In this document: positions 9,858 through 21,238 of the stretch, one piece after another
Position numbering within the stretch: position 1 is the first letter of the stretch
How the letters are laid out: each line of letters opens with the position of its first letter
Origin: an uncultured Clostridia bacterium
Lineage (GTDB): Bacteria > Bacillota > Clostridia > Christensenellales > UBA1242
NCBI GenBank assembly: GCA_944350265.1
Contig: CALVOG010000006.1
Coordinates: 6,709 to 70,708, forward strand
Reading direction: 5' to 3'
Length of the DNA stretch: 64,000 nt
Position numbers and translations under genes: made by a program
Notes under the pieces: generated by a model
What the model saw: the letters and a program-made list of their open reading frames with translations, nothing else
Told to the model about the DNA's origin: nothing
The model's database searches: none

Positions 9858-10163
9858 TTTCCACATTAAAAATATACTTTTATGACAGTTTTCGCGCTTT
9901 TTGCCACTTTTTGTTCCAAAAATTTGCAGGCGATTTGTGCATAAAGATTAAAAATCTTGCATAAAATTTTGTCGCCACAAATTTTTACCTATTAAATTGG
10001 TGAAAAGTTTGCATAAAAATTAACTCTTTGCAACGTCGAATTAATGACGAAATCATTTTAGCACTCGCCTTGTCAGTCGAATTAGGATTTATAGCCAAGC
10101 AAGTTTGCTTTATATAGACGAACGCCTACCATATGTTAGAAGGTTTTGTTACATTTTACAATG

Positions 10164-12194
10164 TCAAATTTTTTGTTTTACCAAAAAGCGACTTGGTTTT
10201 TTGTCGGCGATGAAATATAGGTTGTGTAGTGCGCGCGTGGAGGCAACATAAAGGAGGTTGCGGTCAAGTTCGGTTTTATAGTTTTTGTCGTTGGCAAAAG
10301 GAACGATAACAACATCAAACTCCACGCCTTTCGAGTTGATTATTGTGCTTAAAAGGGTTTTGCTGTCAGTCATTGATTTTTCATCGTCAAGCACTTCAAA
10401 GGTCTTTAAAAATTTATTATTTTTTCGAAGCGCTCGAATTTCGCGCATATCTTTGCAAACGACGCAAACGGTTTTGTCGCTATGCTTCTTCACAATTTCT
10501 TCAATTTTTTGTGCAGTGTCGGTGGTGTTATAAAACTTAACACTTTCGCCCGAGCGATTGACATTGTTTGCCACCTTTTTGCCCAAAATTTTTTGCGAGA
10601 ATTTGGAAATTTGAATGGTGCTTCGATAACTCTTATTCAAGTGGTAGATTTTTGCCTTGTTCTCTTTTGCAAGAAGCGTGAGGTATTCTTTCGTCAAGTT
10701 TTTGTCTATGCTTTGGTTGACATCGCCTAAATACATCTTCGGGCAGTGCCAAATCTTTTCAAAGAGGTAGAAATGGCACGGCGAATAGTCTTGCATCTCG
10801 TCCACCACCACATATTTTGCGTCGTAATTGCGGTCGAAGCCGAAGAGGTTTTCTTTGATTAAAAGAATTTGCGCAATATCGTAGGCAGTGACTTCGCTAA
10901 TCTCGTCAAGCTCCATTTGCCTCAAAAAGATGTTGTAAATTCGAACGCAGTCGGTGGTTATCATCTTGTTATACAAAATCTTTTTGGCGCGCTCAAAGAA
11001 GTCAGGGTTTTTCCTTCGAGGCACGTTGAAAAGGTCAACAATATGCTCGGCAATCGCTTCAATTCGCTTGTGAATAGGCAAATTTTTCAGTTTGTTATAG
11101 TAAATATCTCTTATCTCGCCCTCTTCAATGGTAAGCGTGCCGAAGGTGAGCGTTTTAGGCATAAAGAGGTTGCAAATATCGTAGTTCAAAAAATTCTTAA
11201 ACGCTTCCAAAAACTCAAAACTGTGCTTAATTGCGATGTTTTCAAAGTCCTTTTGTTTGCCTTGGGTGATGAGTTTGTCAAGCATCTTCTCACGCGAAAT
11301 GAAGTCTTTTCCGTAAAGTTTGCGCGCCATCGTTGCGAATGTGGTTGTGAATGGCTTATCGTCACCAAGCGACGGCAACACCTCATCGATATAATCGGCA
11401 AAAAGTTGGCTCGGCGAGAGGATAAGAACATCCTCATTTTTCAGCGTTTTTCGGTATTTATATAGTAGGTAACTGACGCGGTGCATAGCAACCGAGGTTT
11501 TTCCACTTCCCGCCACGCCTTGCACGATAACATTCTTCATTTCGTTGCTTCTTATCAGCGAGTTTTGCTCTTTTTGGATGGTTGAAACGATGTCGTGCAT
11601 CTTCGCGGAGGAGTTTTTGGAGAGTTCCTCCATTAAAATATTGTCGTCAATCACAAGGTTGCTGTCGATATAATAACGAAGCACGCCTTGCTCGATTTTA
11701 AATTGGCGTTTAAGTGACAAGTTGCCTTCAATTTCGCCGTCGTTGCAAGCATAAGAGGTTTTGCCCACCACATCGGCATAGTAAAGAGAGGAGATGTCGG
11801 CGCGCCAGTCATAGACCAAATTGTCGAAGTTTTCGTTTTGAAGATGCCCTATGCCGATATAATAACTTTTCGCATTTTTCTCGCCATTTGCTTTAAAATC
11901 AAATCTTCCAAAATAAGGCGATTTCTTTTGTTTTTCTAGGCGCCTTAGGTGCTTCTCAAGGGTGAGGTTATTTTGCTCCAAACTTTCAATTTGAATGTTG
12001 ATGTTGGCAATCTCATCGTTTGAATCTTCAGGCGAATAAATTTCATTAAAGGTGTCGGCAAAATACTCTTTAAACTCTTTTATGCGTTTTTTATTCTCTT
12101 CAATTTGCCCACTATTTTTAAAGATAATGTTGCTGATTGTCTTTTCAACATTGCCCAAATATTTCTTTTCTTTTTCAAATGTTTTATCGTCCAT
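10164..12194 (-). CDS. UvrD/Rep superfamily 1 helicase, HelD (helicase IV)-like
   Basis: Walker A GVAGSGKTSVAMHR, Walker B VVVDEMQDYSP, YRST, and C-terminal KGVEFDVVIV...YVASTRA. Start moved to the ATG at 12194 (MDDKTF...), which is preceded by GGAGAGGG. The track's longer ORF adds an implausible hydrophobic leader. Confidence 0.8.
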   Translation of the reverse strand: MDDKTFEKEKKYLGNVEKTISNIIFKNSGQIEENKKRIKEFKEYFADTFNEIYSPEDSNDEIANINIQIESLEQNNLTLEKHLRRLEKQKKSPYFGRFDFKANGEKNAKSYYIGIGHLQNENFDNLVYDWRADISSLYYADVVGKTSYACNDGEIEGNLSLKRQFKIEQGVLRYYIDSNLVIDDNILMEELSKNSSAKMHDIVSTIQKEQNSLIRSNEMKNVIVQGVAGSGKTSVAMHRVSYLLYKYRKTLKNEDVLILSPSQLFADYIDEVLPSLGDDKPFTTTFATMARKLYGKDFISREKMLDKLITQGKQKDFENIAIKHSFEFLEAFKNFLNYDICNLFMPKTLTFGTLTIEEGEIRDIYYNKLKNLPIHKRIEAIAEHIVDLFNVPRRKNPDFFERAKKILYNKMITTDCVRIYNIFLRQMELDEISEVTAYDIAQILLIKENLFGFDRNYDAKYVVVDEMQDYSPCHFYLFEKIWHCPKMYLGDVNQSIDKNLTKEYLTLLAKENKAKIYHLNKSYRSTIQISKFSQKILGKKVANNVNRSGESVKFYNTTDTAQKIEEIVKKHSDKTVCVVCKDMREIRALRKNNKFLKTFEVLDDEKSMTDSKTLLSTIINSKGVEFDVVIVPFANDKNYKTELDRNLLYVASTRALHNLYFIADKKPSRFLVKQKI

Positions 12195-12463
12195 ACCCTC
12201 TCCAAAATTTTCGTAAAATATTATAGCATACTTGTTAGGAAAAATTATAGCGATTTGAGCAAATTTTTTAAAAAAATTAATTATCAACGCAATTTTTTGC
12301 ATTTTTTATGGATTTTTTATGGATTTTTTAGTATTTTTGCTAATTCTTCACTTTTTTTATTATGTTTTGATATTTTATTTATTTTTATTATGTAAAAAAA
12401 GCCTAGCGAAAAATAAGTGCTAAGCTTTTTATGAGGAGTGATTAATGCGTTTGTAAATATGAA

Positions 12464-12614
12464 AAGAGGATAGTTTAGACATACGCGGGCAGTGGTAGGT
12501 GATTATATTTTGTGTAAATAATACAGTCTAACACGCGAAACAACAAAAAGTGACAGCGTCACCTACGACGAGATTCTTCGCTGGCTTCACTACCGCTCTT
12601 TGTTCAGAATGACA
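12464..12614 (-). repeat. copy of the dispersed composite repeat (modules R2 + R1, R1 interrupted)
   Basis: AAGAGGATAGTTTAGACATACGCGGGCAGTGGTAGG (R2), then CTACGACGAGATTCTTCG...CAGAATGACA (R1, reverse orientation). Matches copies at 45025, 58967 and elsewhere. Confidence 0.7.
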
Positions 12615-12687
12615 AACGAACCAACAGTCCTTGCGGATTAAGCCACCTCGTGCTAATGTTGCATCTTTTGCCAAAAAACATTTTCGT

Positions 12688-15327
12688 TTATTTAAAGTTT
12701 TCGTCATTCTCGTCTAGGGCGAGGTTGCCATTCTCTTCATTTAAAGAATTTTCATTGTTTTCTTCGTTTTCGTCATTTTCATTTAAAGCGATATTTTCTT
12801 TGACTGAAGAGGAATCCGCGTTGTTTTCAATTTCGTCGGTCTGTGCGCTCTCTTCGTCCAAAGCGTCCTCTTCCTCTCTTGCTGTGACTGCCACGCTGAC
12901 GATATGCGAGCCATTTCTAAGTTTCATAACCTTCACACCTTGGCTTACGCGCGAGATGGTGCTAATATCTGCAACGTGCGTGCGGATGATAACGCCATTA
13001 TCAGCAATCACCACGATGTCGTCGTTATCGTCCACCTCTTTAAGCGCCACAAGTTTGCCGGTTTTCTCATTAAACGCACCCGCTTTGATACCCATACCGC
13101 CACGTTGTTGCAAGCGGAATTCGTCGGCGTAGGTTTGCTTCCCGTAGCCGTTTTCGGTGATGGTGAGAACCTTTTTATCGTCGCGCACGATTGCCATATC
13201 AATCACGCTGTCGTCGTCAGCAAGGCGCATACTCTTCACGCCGATACTATCTCTTCCAACGGTGCGCACATCGGTTTCGTTAAAGCGGATACATTTTCCC
13301 TCGTGGGTGGCAAGAAGGATATCATCTCTACCCGAGGTTATATCCACACCAATAAGTTCGTCGCCCTCCAAAAGTTTTATGGCGATTTTTCCGCCCTTTC
13401 GAATGTTTTCATATTCTTTAAGCGCGGTTTTCTTAATAAGTCCGTTTTTGGTTGCCATAATGAGGTTGCCTTTTGAGTCTTTTTTAACAGGTATTATGGT
13501 TGTCACTTTTTCGCCTAAGGAAAGTTCCAAAAGGTTAATCATTGCCCTACCTTTAGCCTGGCGCTGTGCCTCTGGAATTTCGTAGGCTTTAAGCGAGTAA
13601 ACCCGTCCTAAATTTGTGAAGAAGAAGAGGTTGTCGTGGGTGGAGGTGACAAAAATCTTTTCCACAAAATCCTCATCCTTCGTTTTGTGGGCGGTCACAC
13701 CCACGCCTCCGCGGTGCTGAGCCTTGTATTCGTCCATTGCCATACGCTTAATGTAGCCCATATGCGTCATTGAAACAATGACGTCCTCTTCGGCAATCAG
13801 GTCCTCAATGTCGATTCCGCCCATCTCCATACTGATTTCCGTTCGGCGTTCATCACCAAAGGTGTTTTTGATTTGTTCCAGGTTGTCGCGGATGATATGA
13901 AGAACGCGCGACGGCGTGTCGAGGATATTTTGAAGGTCGGCGATAAGTCTTTCAAGTTCTGCAAGTTCTTCCTTAAGTTTTTCAACTTCCAAACTTGTGA
14001 GTTTGCTTAGGCGCATATCCAAAATGGCATTTGCCTGAATTTCGTCGAGTTCAAAGTTAGTGGTGAGGTTGACAAGCGCTTCGTTGCGGTCTTTGGAAGA
14101 TTTAATAACCTTAATAACCTCGTCAATCGAAGCAAGTGCAATCACAAGTCCTTTAACGATATGTTCGCGCTCCTTTGCCTTTTTAAGGTCGAAACGCGTC
14201 TTTCTAATCAAAACCTCCTTTTGGTGTTCGAGGTAATAATAGAGCATCTCTTTGAGGTTTAAAACTTTTGGCGTGCCGTTGACAAGAGCGAGCATAATAA
14301 TTCCGCTTGATTGTTGGAGCATTGTGTGCTTATAAAGTGAATTTAGAACAACCTGCGCGTTGGCATCCTTTTTAACGTCCACAACAACTCTAAGTCCGTC
14401 GCGGTCACTTTCTTCCTTGATGTCGCTTATGCCGTCGAGCTTCTTGTTTTTAACGAAATCGGCAATTTGCGTGATAAAGCGCGCTTTGTTCACCTGGTAA
14501 GGTAATTCCGTGATAACAATGCGTTGCCTGCCTGAGTTTGTTTCTTCAATTTCAGCACGTCCACGCACTAAAATTCCGCCACGACCGGTCTTGTATGCGT
14601 GTTTCACAGCGGTTCTGCCCATAATTATGCCACCAGTTGGGTAGTCAGGGGCAGGGATGATTTTGATAAGTTCGTCAATGTCGATATCTGGGTTGTCAAT
14701 AAGCGCTTGCACGCCACTAATGACCTCTCTTAGGTTGTGAGGAGGAATGTTGGTTGCCATACCAACGGCAATGCCGTCCGCGCCGTTGACAAGTAGGTTT
14801 GGGAATTTACACGGCAAAACGGTTGGTTGCATAAGGGTGTCGTCGAAGTTAGGGTAAAAATCCACCGTTTCCTTGTCGATATCCTCAAGCATAAGCGAGG
14901 CGATTTTGCTCAGCCTTGCCTCGGTGTAACGTTGGGCGGCTGGAGGGTCGCCATCGACTGAACCGAAGTTTCCGTGCCCGTCCACAAGCGGGTAACGAAT
15001 GGAAAAGTCTTGCGCAAGGCGAACGAGGGCGTCATAGATGGAACTGTCGCCGTGAGGGTGATATTTACCCATAACCTCGCCGACAATACGCGCACTTTTC
15101 TTGTGTGGCTTGTCATAAAAGTTGTTGAGTTCTCCCATACTGAAAAGTATTCTTCTATGCACAGGCTTTAAACCGTCTCTAACATCAGGTATGGCACGCG
15201 AAACATTCACCGCCATAGCGTAGGAAATGAAGGATTTTTTAAGTTCTCCAATCACTTCCACCTTTTCGACTTTTTCGTTTTCCATTAATTCTTTTAAACT
15301 TTTCTTGTCTTCGTCTTTCCTATTCAT
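12688..15327 (-). CDS. gyrA: DNA gyrase subunit A with a long acidic C-terminal tail
   Basis: [17 protein letters not shown]; active-site Tyr context [10 protein letters not shown]; C-terminal beta-pinwheel repeats. The last 65 aa or so are D/E/N-rich ([19 protein letters not shown]...). Confidence 0.97.
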   Translation of the reverse strand: MNRKDEDKKSLKELMENEKVEKVEVIGELKKSFISYAMAVNVSRAIPDVRDGLKPVHRRILFSMGELNNFYDKPHKKSARIVGEVMGKYHPHGDSSIYDALVRLAQDFSIRYPLVDGHGNFGSVDGDPPAAQRYTEARLSKIASLMLEDIDKETVDFYPNFDDTLMQPTVLPCKFPNLLVNGADGIAVGMATNIPPHNLREVISGVQALIDNPDIDIDELIKIIPAPDYPTGGIIMGRTAVKHAYKTGRGGILVRGRAEIEETNSGRQRIVITELPYQVNKARFITQIADFVKNKKLDGISDIKEESDRDGLRVVVDVKKDANAQVVLNSLYKHTMLQQSSGIIMLALVNGTPKVLNLKEMLYYYLEHQKEVLIRKTRFDLKKAKEREHIVKGLVIALASIDEVIKVIKSSKDRNEALVNLTTNFELDEIQANAILDMRLSKLTSLEVEKLKEELAELERLIADLQNILDTPSRVLHIIRDNLEQIKNTFGDERRTEISMEMGGIDIEDLIAEEDVIVSMTHMGYIKRMAMDEYKAQHRGGVGVTAHKTKDEDFVEKIFVTSTHDNLFFFTNLGRVYSLKAYEIPEAQRQAKGRAMINLLELSLGEKVTTIIPVKKDSKGNLIMATKNGLIKKTALKEYENIRKGGKIAIKLLEGDELIGVDITSGRDDILLATHEGKCIRFNETDVRTVGRDSIGVKSMRLADDDSVIDMAIVRDDKKVLTITENGYGKQTYADEFRLQQRGGMGIKAGAFNEKTGKLVALKEVDDNDDIVVIADNGVIIRTHVADISTISRVSQGVKVMKLRNGSHIVSVAVTAREEEDALDEESAQTDEIENNADSSSVKENIALNENDENEENNENSLNEENGNLALDENDENFK

Positions 15328-15361
15328 CTTATCCTCATTTTTAAATATAGTTTTAGTTTTT

Positions 15362-15537
15362 CAATTAAAATATCTTTTCAATTAAATTATCTTTTTTAAA
15401 CAAGATATCTTTTCAATTAAAATATCTTTTTTAAACAAGATATCTTTTCAATTAAATTATCTTTTTTAAAATTAAAATATCTTTTTTAAACAAGATATCT
15501 TTTCAATTAAAATATCTTTCCAATTAAAACATTTTTT
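15362..15537. repeat. tandem array, about 10 units of 16-19 bp (core ATATCTTTT) with a 35-bp higher-order period, in the gyrA upstream region
   Basis: CAATTAAAATATCTTTT / CAATTAAATTATCTTTTTT / AAACAAGATATCTTTT units alternate from 15362 to about 15537. There are no unique spacers. Confidence 0.85.
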
Positions 15538-15606
15538 TAGTTACATCTTTATTTTTTGATTAATATATCATAGAATTAAACTTCTGCGTTCATTGATAAT
15601 CACTTT

Positions 15607-15993
15607 TTAAAGCGACCTTTCGCTTCTTTGGCAACTCGCGCGCCTTGGAGATGGTGCGCCAGATTCACTCACTTCAATTTCAACGGCGAACTTTTCTGCG
15701 CCATTGCGCAAATTCTCCAAAATATGCTTTTTATTAGGGTATCTTAAAAGTAATTCGTAATACTCTTTAAAATTCTCTTTCATATCTTGCAAAAATTCGC
15801 GTTGCCTAACAAGCGTGTTTGCGATGAGGTATTTTTCCATAGTGTGGAGGTTTTGTATATCTCCCAGCGTCAAGTGCGAAAAAAATTTCTTTTTATCGGG
15901 GAAGTAGAGGGCGTATACCTTTCGGATTTCACACCTTCCGTTGTTTTCCACCATAGTTCTTTTGCTATATTTTAAATATTCTTCGAAACTCAT
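15607..15993 (-). CDS. hypothetical protein (128 aa), paralogue of the adjacent 16094-16504 gene
   Basis: RBS GGAGGAAAAATG. Shares (I)SFEEYL, ..YAL.F..K...F...T.ED/GD(I/M)Q.L..ME(K/R)YL.., KKYYDLLARYP / KEYYELLLRYP and GAE(K/R)FA with its neighbour. Confidence 0.65.
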   Translation of the reverse strand: MSFEEYLKYSKRTMVENNGRCEIRKVYALYFPDKKKFFSHLTLGDIQNLHTMEKYLIANTLVRQREFLQDMKENFKEYYELLLRYPNKKHILENLRNGAEKFAVEIEVSESGAPSPRRASCQRSERSL

Positions 15994-16093
15994 TTTTCCT
16001 CCGTATCTTTTTCTTTACATTTTTTAAGAATTTAACCATATAGTTTTGATTTTTCAGTAAACGTTTTACTTCTTCAAGTTGCCTATTTTTACC

Positions 16094-16504
16094 TTACTTA
16101 ACCTTCCACCTATCCATCCCCTTCGCTCTCAATCTTTTAGGTTCTTTTGGCAAGGTGTAGTTTTCATCAATCACTTTTGCGAAGCGTTCGGCGCCACCAG
16201 AGAGGTCGGTGATAATGAAATTTTTATGCGGATATCGCGCCAAAAGGTCGTAATATTTTTTCAACTTTTTGTTTTTTAATTCATTTAAAAAGTCGCTTTG
16301 TTCAATTTGAGGATACCTCAAAAGATATCTTTCCATCACCCTCAGCCGTTGCATATCTTCGTTTGTGATGTTGTTATAGAAGGTTTGAGGCTTGCTTGCA
16401 AACGACAGTGCGTAAGGTTCCGCCTTCTTGCACTTTCCCTTGTCGGGCTTAATTTTAGTTTTTGTTTTTTCAAGGTATTCTTCAAAGGAGATGGGTCTAG
16501 TCAT
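16094..16504 (-). CDS. hypothetical protein (136 aa), paralogue of 15607-15993; starts 17 nt after the gyrB stop
   Basis: RBS GGAGG before the ATG. Same motifs as the paralogue. No known family recognised. Confidence 0.65.
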   Translation of the reverse strand: MTRPISFEEYLEKTKTKIKPDKGKCKKAEPYALSFASKPQTFYNNITNEDMQRLRVMERYLLRYPQIEQSDFLNELKNKKLKKYYDLLARYPHKNFIITDLSGGAERFAKVIDENYTLPKEPKRLRAKGMDRWKVK

Positions 16505-16521
16505 ATCGTCAAACGTCCTCC

Positions 16522-18546
<2,025 letters not shown>

Positions 18547-18622
18547 TTATTATAACATAATATTTATCTCAATGTAAAGAAAAAAGAGGAAAATAATTTT
18601 GTTTTTTATCGATTTCATTAAA

Positions 18623-18659
18623 TGTCATTCTGAGACAACGCCGAAGAATCTCGTCGTAG
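18623..18659 (+). repeat. dispersed hairpin repeat, module R1 (forward orientation)
   Basis: TGTCATTCTGAGACAACGCCGAAGAATCTCGTCGTAG, in the gyrB upstream region. Confidence 0.75.
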
Positions 18660-18744
18660 AACGGCTTACAAAATTCTAAATAATAACCACTTGAAATGGT
18701 TGTTTAAGCCAAGTGCGCGCGAATATAAAAAAATCGCTTTTCTT

Positions 18745-18850
18745 CAAAGCGAAATTTTTCCATAGGCGCCAAAGCGAAATTATTTTTAAGAGCAAAGCGA
18801 AATTATTTTTAAGAGCAAAGCGAAATTATTTTTAAGAGCAAAGCGAAATC
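18745..18850. repeat. tandem 23-bp repeat (5 copies of the core CAAAGCGAAAT; 3 full units AAGAGCAAAGCGAAATTATTTTT)
   Basis: Cores at about 18745, 18769, 18792, 18815 and 18838. The last copy overlaps the lysS stop codon. Confidence 0.85.
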
Positions 18851-20306
18851 ATTTCATAAGTGGGAAGAGGACGACGTCGCGTATGTTTGGTCTATCAAAC
18901 GCGAATTGCAAAAACCTGTCAATTCCAAAGCCCAGCCCAGAAATTGGAGGCATTCCGTGCTCCATTGCCAGCAAAAAGTCCTCGTCAACATCCATTGTTT
19001 CCTCGTCGCCAGCCTCTTTTTCTTTAAGTTGCGCTTCCAAATTTTTGCGCTGAATGATTGGGTCCACAAGTTCGCTGTAAGCCTTAACAAGTTCCGCGCC
19101 ACCCGCAACCACTTGGAAAACATCGATTATGCGCTCATCCTTATCGTTTCGGCGGGCGAGTGGGATGAGTGAGGCAGGATAGTTATAAAGTATGGTTGGG
19201 TTGACGATTTCGGCGCGGATTTTTCGCTTGTAAACATAGTCAATGAGCGTGCGCACCGACTTACACTCGTCAAGTTCACCATAGGTGAAAAGTTTTCGTT
19301 CGACAATTATCTTTTTCAGCGCATCCACATCGTCGATGTCCAAAAAATCACAGCCCAAAAGTTCGCGCATTCTTTCCACGTAATTAATTCTTGGCCACTG
19401 CCCGTCAAATTCGATTTCTTGCCCTTGATAGGTTATTTTTGTGGTGCCAAAACACTCCTTCATCAGGCGGACAAGCATAGTTTGGAAGAATTTTATGTTG
19501 TCCTCGAAATTCCAGTAGGAAGCATACCACTCAACTTGCGTAAACTCTTGCAGGTGTGACGGGTCCATACCCTCATTACGAAAATCTTTGCCAAGTTCAA
19601 AAACGCGGTCAATTCCCGCACCTATGCACTCTTTAAGATAGCACTCCGTGGCAATTCGAAGGTTACATTCAATATCCAGCGCATTGTGGTGTGTGAAGAA
19701 AGGTTTTGCGCTGGCACCAGAAACGCTGGTTTGCAAGATTGGCGTTTCCACTTCGATAAAGCCGTTGTCCTCCAAATATCTTCGAATAAAGGAAACCACC
19801 TTACTTCTTGTTAAAAAGATTTTTCGCGCGTCCTCATTTGTGATAAGGTCAAGGTAGCGCTGGCGGTATTTAATTTCCGTGTCCACAACGCCGTGGAATT
19901 TTTCTGGAAGCGGACGAAGGGTCTTTGAAAGGAGGGTGATTTTCTCTGCCTTAACAGTGATTTCGCCGGTTTGGGTGGCATAAACTTCGCCTTCAACGCC
20001 AATAAAATCGCCGATATCAATCATCTTTTTATAAAAATTATATTCCTCTTCGCTAAATTCATTTCTGCCCACCGAGATTTGAATTTTATCGTAAATATCT
20101 CTTATTTGGCAAAAGCCGAATTTGCCCATTATGCGACGAAAAACAATACGCCCAGCAATCTTCACGCGCTCACCAAGTTTCTCTCGTGCTTCGGCGATTG
20201 TGCAACTTCTTTCGAACTTCTCTTTGAAAGGAATTTCGCCCATTTTTTTAAGGTCGTCAATTTTTTGCCTACGAATTTCAATTTCGCTACTAAGATTTTC
20301 TTCCAT
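18849..20306 (-). CDS. lysS: lysyl-tRNA synthetase (class II)
   Basis: N-terminal OB-fold region. Motif 2 FRNEGMDPSHLQEFTQVEWY, motif 3 GFGIDRFLQF. RBS GGAGGAAAAATG. Confidence 0.95.
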   Translation of the reverse strand: MEENLSSEIEIRRQKIDDLKKMGEIPFKEKFERSCTIAEAREKLGERVKIAGRIVFRRIMGKFGFCQIRDIYDKIQISVGRNEFSEEEYNFYKKMIDIGDFIGVEGEVYATQTGEITVKAEKITLLSKTLRPLPEKFHGVVDTEIKYRQRYLDLITNEDARKIFLTRSKVVSFIRRYLEDNGFIEVETPILQTSVSGASAKPFFTHHNALDIECNLRIATECYLKECIGAGIDRVFELGKDFRNEGMDPSHLQEFTQVEWYASYWNFEDNIKFFQTMLVRLMKECFGTTKITYQGQEIEFDGQWPRINYVERMRELLGCDFLDIDDVDALKKIIVERKLFTYGELDECKSVRTLIDYVYKRKIRAEIVNPTILYNYPASLIPLARRNDKDERIIDVFQVVAGGAELVKAYSELVDPIIQRKNLEAQLKEKEAGDEETMDVDEDFLLAMEHGMPPISGLGFGIDRFLQFAFDRPNIRDVVLFPLMK

Positions 20307-20441
20307 TTTTCCTCCGCTATTAATTAACGCTTATTTATATCATAATTTTCAAATTAAGTCAAGCAAAATTGGCAGGCGCGCTTACTTTCAGTGGCGTTTG
20401 GAAATTAATTAACAAATAAATCAAATATTTTTTGATTTTAT

Positions 20442-20471
20442 TTGTGTTTTTTGTCGAATTTGTGGTAAACT
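20442..20471 (+). promoter_or_regulatory. extended -10 promoter (TGgTAAACT) placed 6 nt from the ATG of 20478: leaderless geometry
   Basis: TTGTGT 20442-20447, an 18-nt spacer, TG at 20463-20464, TAAACT 20466-20471, then 6 nt to ATG 20478. No SD sequence. Confidence 0.45.
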
Positions 20472-20477
20472 TTTTCT

Positions 20478-21236
20478 ATGGTTGAGTGGACGAAAAGTGA
20501 GGGCGTGGTTTTACCGATAGCGCTTGCCGTATGCTTGGTGCTTGCGGTGGTTATTTCCGTTCTTACCGCCAAGAAAAGCGAAAAAATACGTCGCATTCCT
20601 CTTATGATTTTGGCGATTGTTGTGTGGGGGCTGGAAATTGCCAAACAAACTCTTTCGGCAAGGGGAGGATATAACCTTTGGTCGATTCCGCTTCATTTTT
20701 GCAGTTTGTTTTTGTATTTTTTCCCGCTCGCCGGTTTCTTTGGAGGAAAGGTTGGGCAGTTTGGGCGGACGATGACCTTTACGTGCGGAAGTTTTTTCCT
20801 CCTATTATTTTACTTCAACCCAAGCACGGTGATAGGCTCGTCGTGCGACAACATTTTTGGAAGTTTTTCCGTTTTTCACACCTTCATCTACCACCACATC
20901 ATCATCTTGTTTTACCTAATTATGGTTATGTCACGGCTTTACCACCCGTCGAAAAAAGACTTTCTTTACGTCTTTGTTGGCATTTCAGTTTATGCTGTTG
21001 TGGCAATCTCAATGGCACACATTTTAAATGTCAACTTCTGCAACATTCTAAGAAGCAACATTTCCTTTATGGAAGCGTTGCGCCAAAGCCGAGGGCAGGT
21101 TGTTTATACCCTTGTGATGATTTTAATCGGGCTTGCGGGTGGCGAAGTTATCGTGCTTGTTCCAAACCTATGCCGAAAAAAGAAGAAAGAAGATTCCTTT
21201 TCGAAGATTATGAAAATATTAAAAAGTGAGGTTTAA
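20478..21236 (+). CDS. YwaF/TMEM164-like polytopic integral membrane protein
   Basis: About 7 predicted TM helices. Family-like motifs WSIPLHFCSLFLYF and FHTFIYHHIIILFYL (compare B. subtilis YwaF LPLQLCS / FLGHGLII, recalled from memory). Confidence 0.55.
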   Translation: MVEWTKSEGVVLPIALAVCLVLAVVISVLTAKKSEKIRRIPLMILAIVVWGLEIAKQTLSARGGYNLWSIPLHFCSLFLYFFPLAGFFGGKVGQFGRTMTFTCGSFFLLLFYFNPSTVIGSSCDNIFGSFSVFHTFIYHHIIILFYLIMVMSRLYHPSKKDFLYVFVGISVYAVVAISMAHILNVNFCNILRSNISFMEALRQSRGQVVYTLVMILIGLAGGEVIVLVPNLCRKKKKEDSFSKIMKILKSEV

Positions 21237-21238
21237 TT

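Noticed and set aside
10869-11465. 198-aa plus-strand ORF
   Set aside because: Antisense shadow ORF inside the HelD-like helicase gene.
12195-12302. N-terminal extensions proposed by the ORF track: helD-like 12302, mscS 23122, 25640, typA 31832, 34757, 35432, 45336, 52440, 56003
   Set aside because: In each case an internal ATG with a canonical AGGAGG-type RBS exists. Often a TTGACA/TATAAT promoter also lies inside the proposed extension. The shorter CDS is preferred.
12650-13585. Plus-strand ORFs of 142-190 aa (12650-13132, 12904-13476, 13157-13585)
   Set aside because: All are antisense to gyrA. Their Ser/Phe-rich or His-rich products are low-complexity mirrors of the real frame.
15362-15537. 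Possible CRISPR array in the gyrA upstream region
   Set aside because: Units are only 16-19 bp, AT-only and contiguous, with no unique spacers. There are no cas genes in the window. It is a simple tandem repeat.
20678-21229. 183-aa plus-strand ORF in an alternative frame
   Set aside because: It overlaps the YwaF-like membrane protein gene in another frame. Its Arg/Trp/Cys-rich product is implausible.
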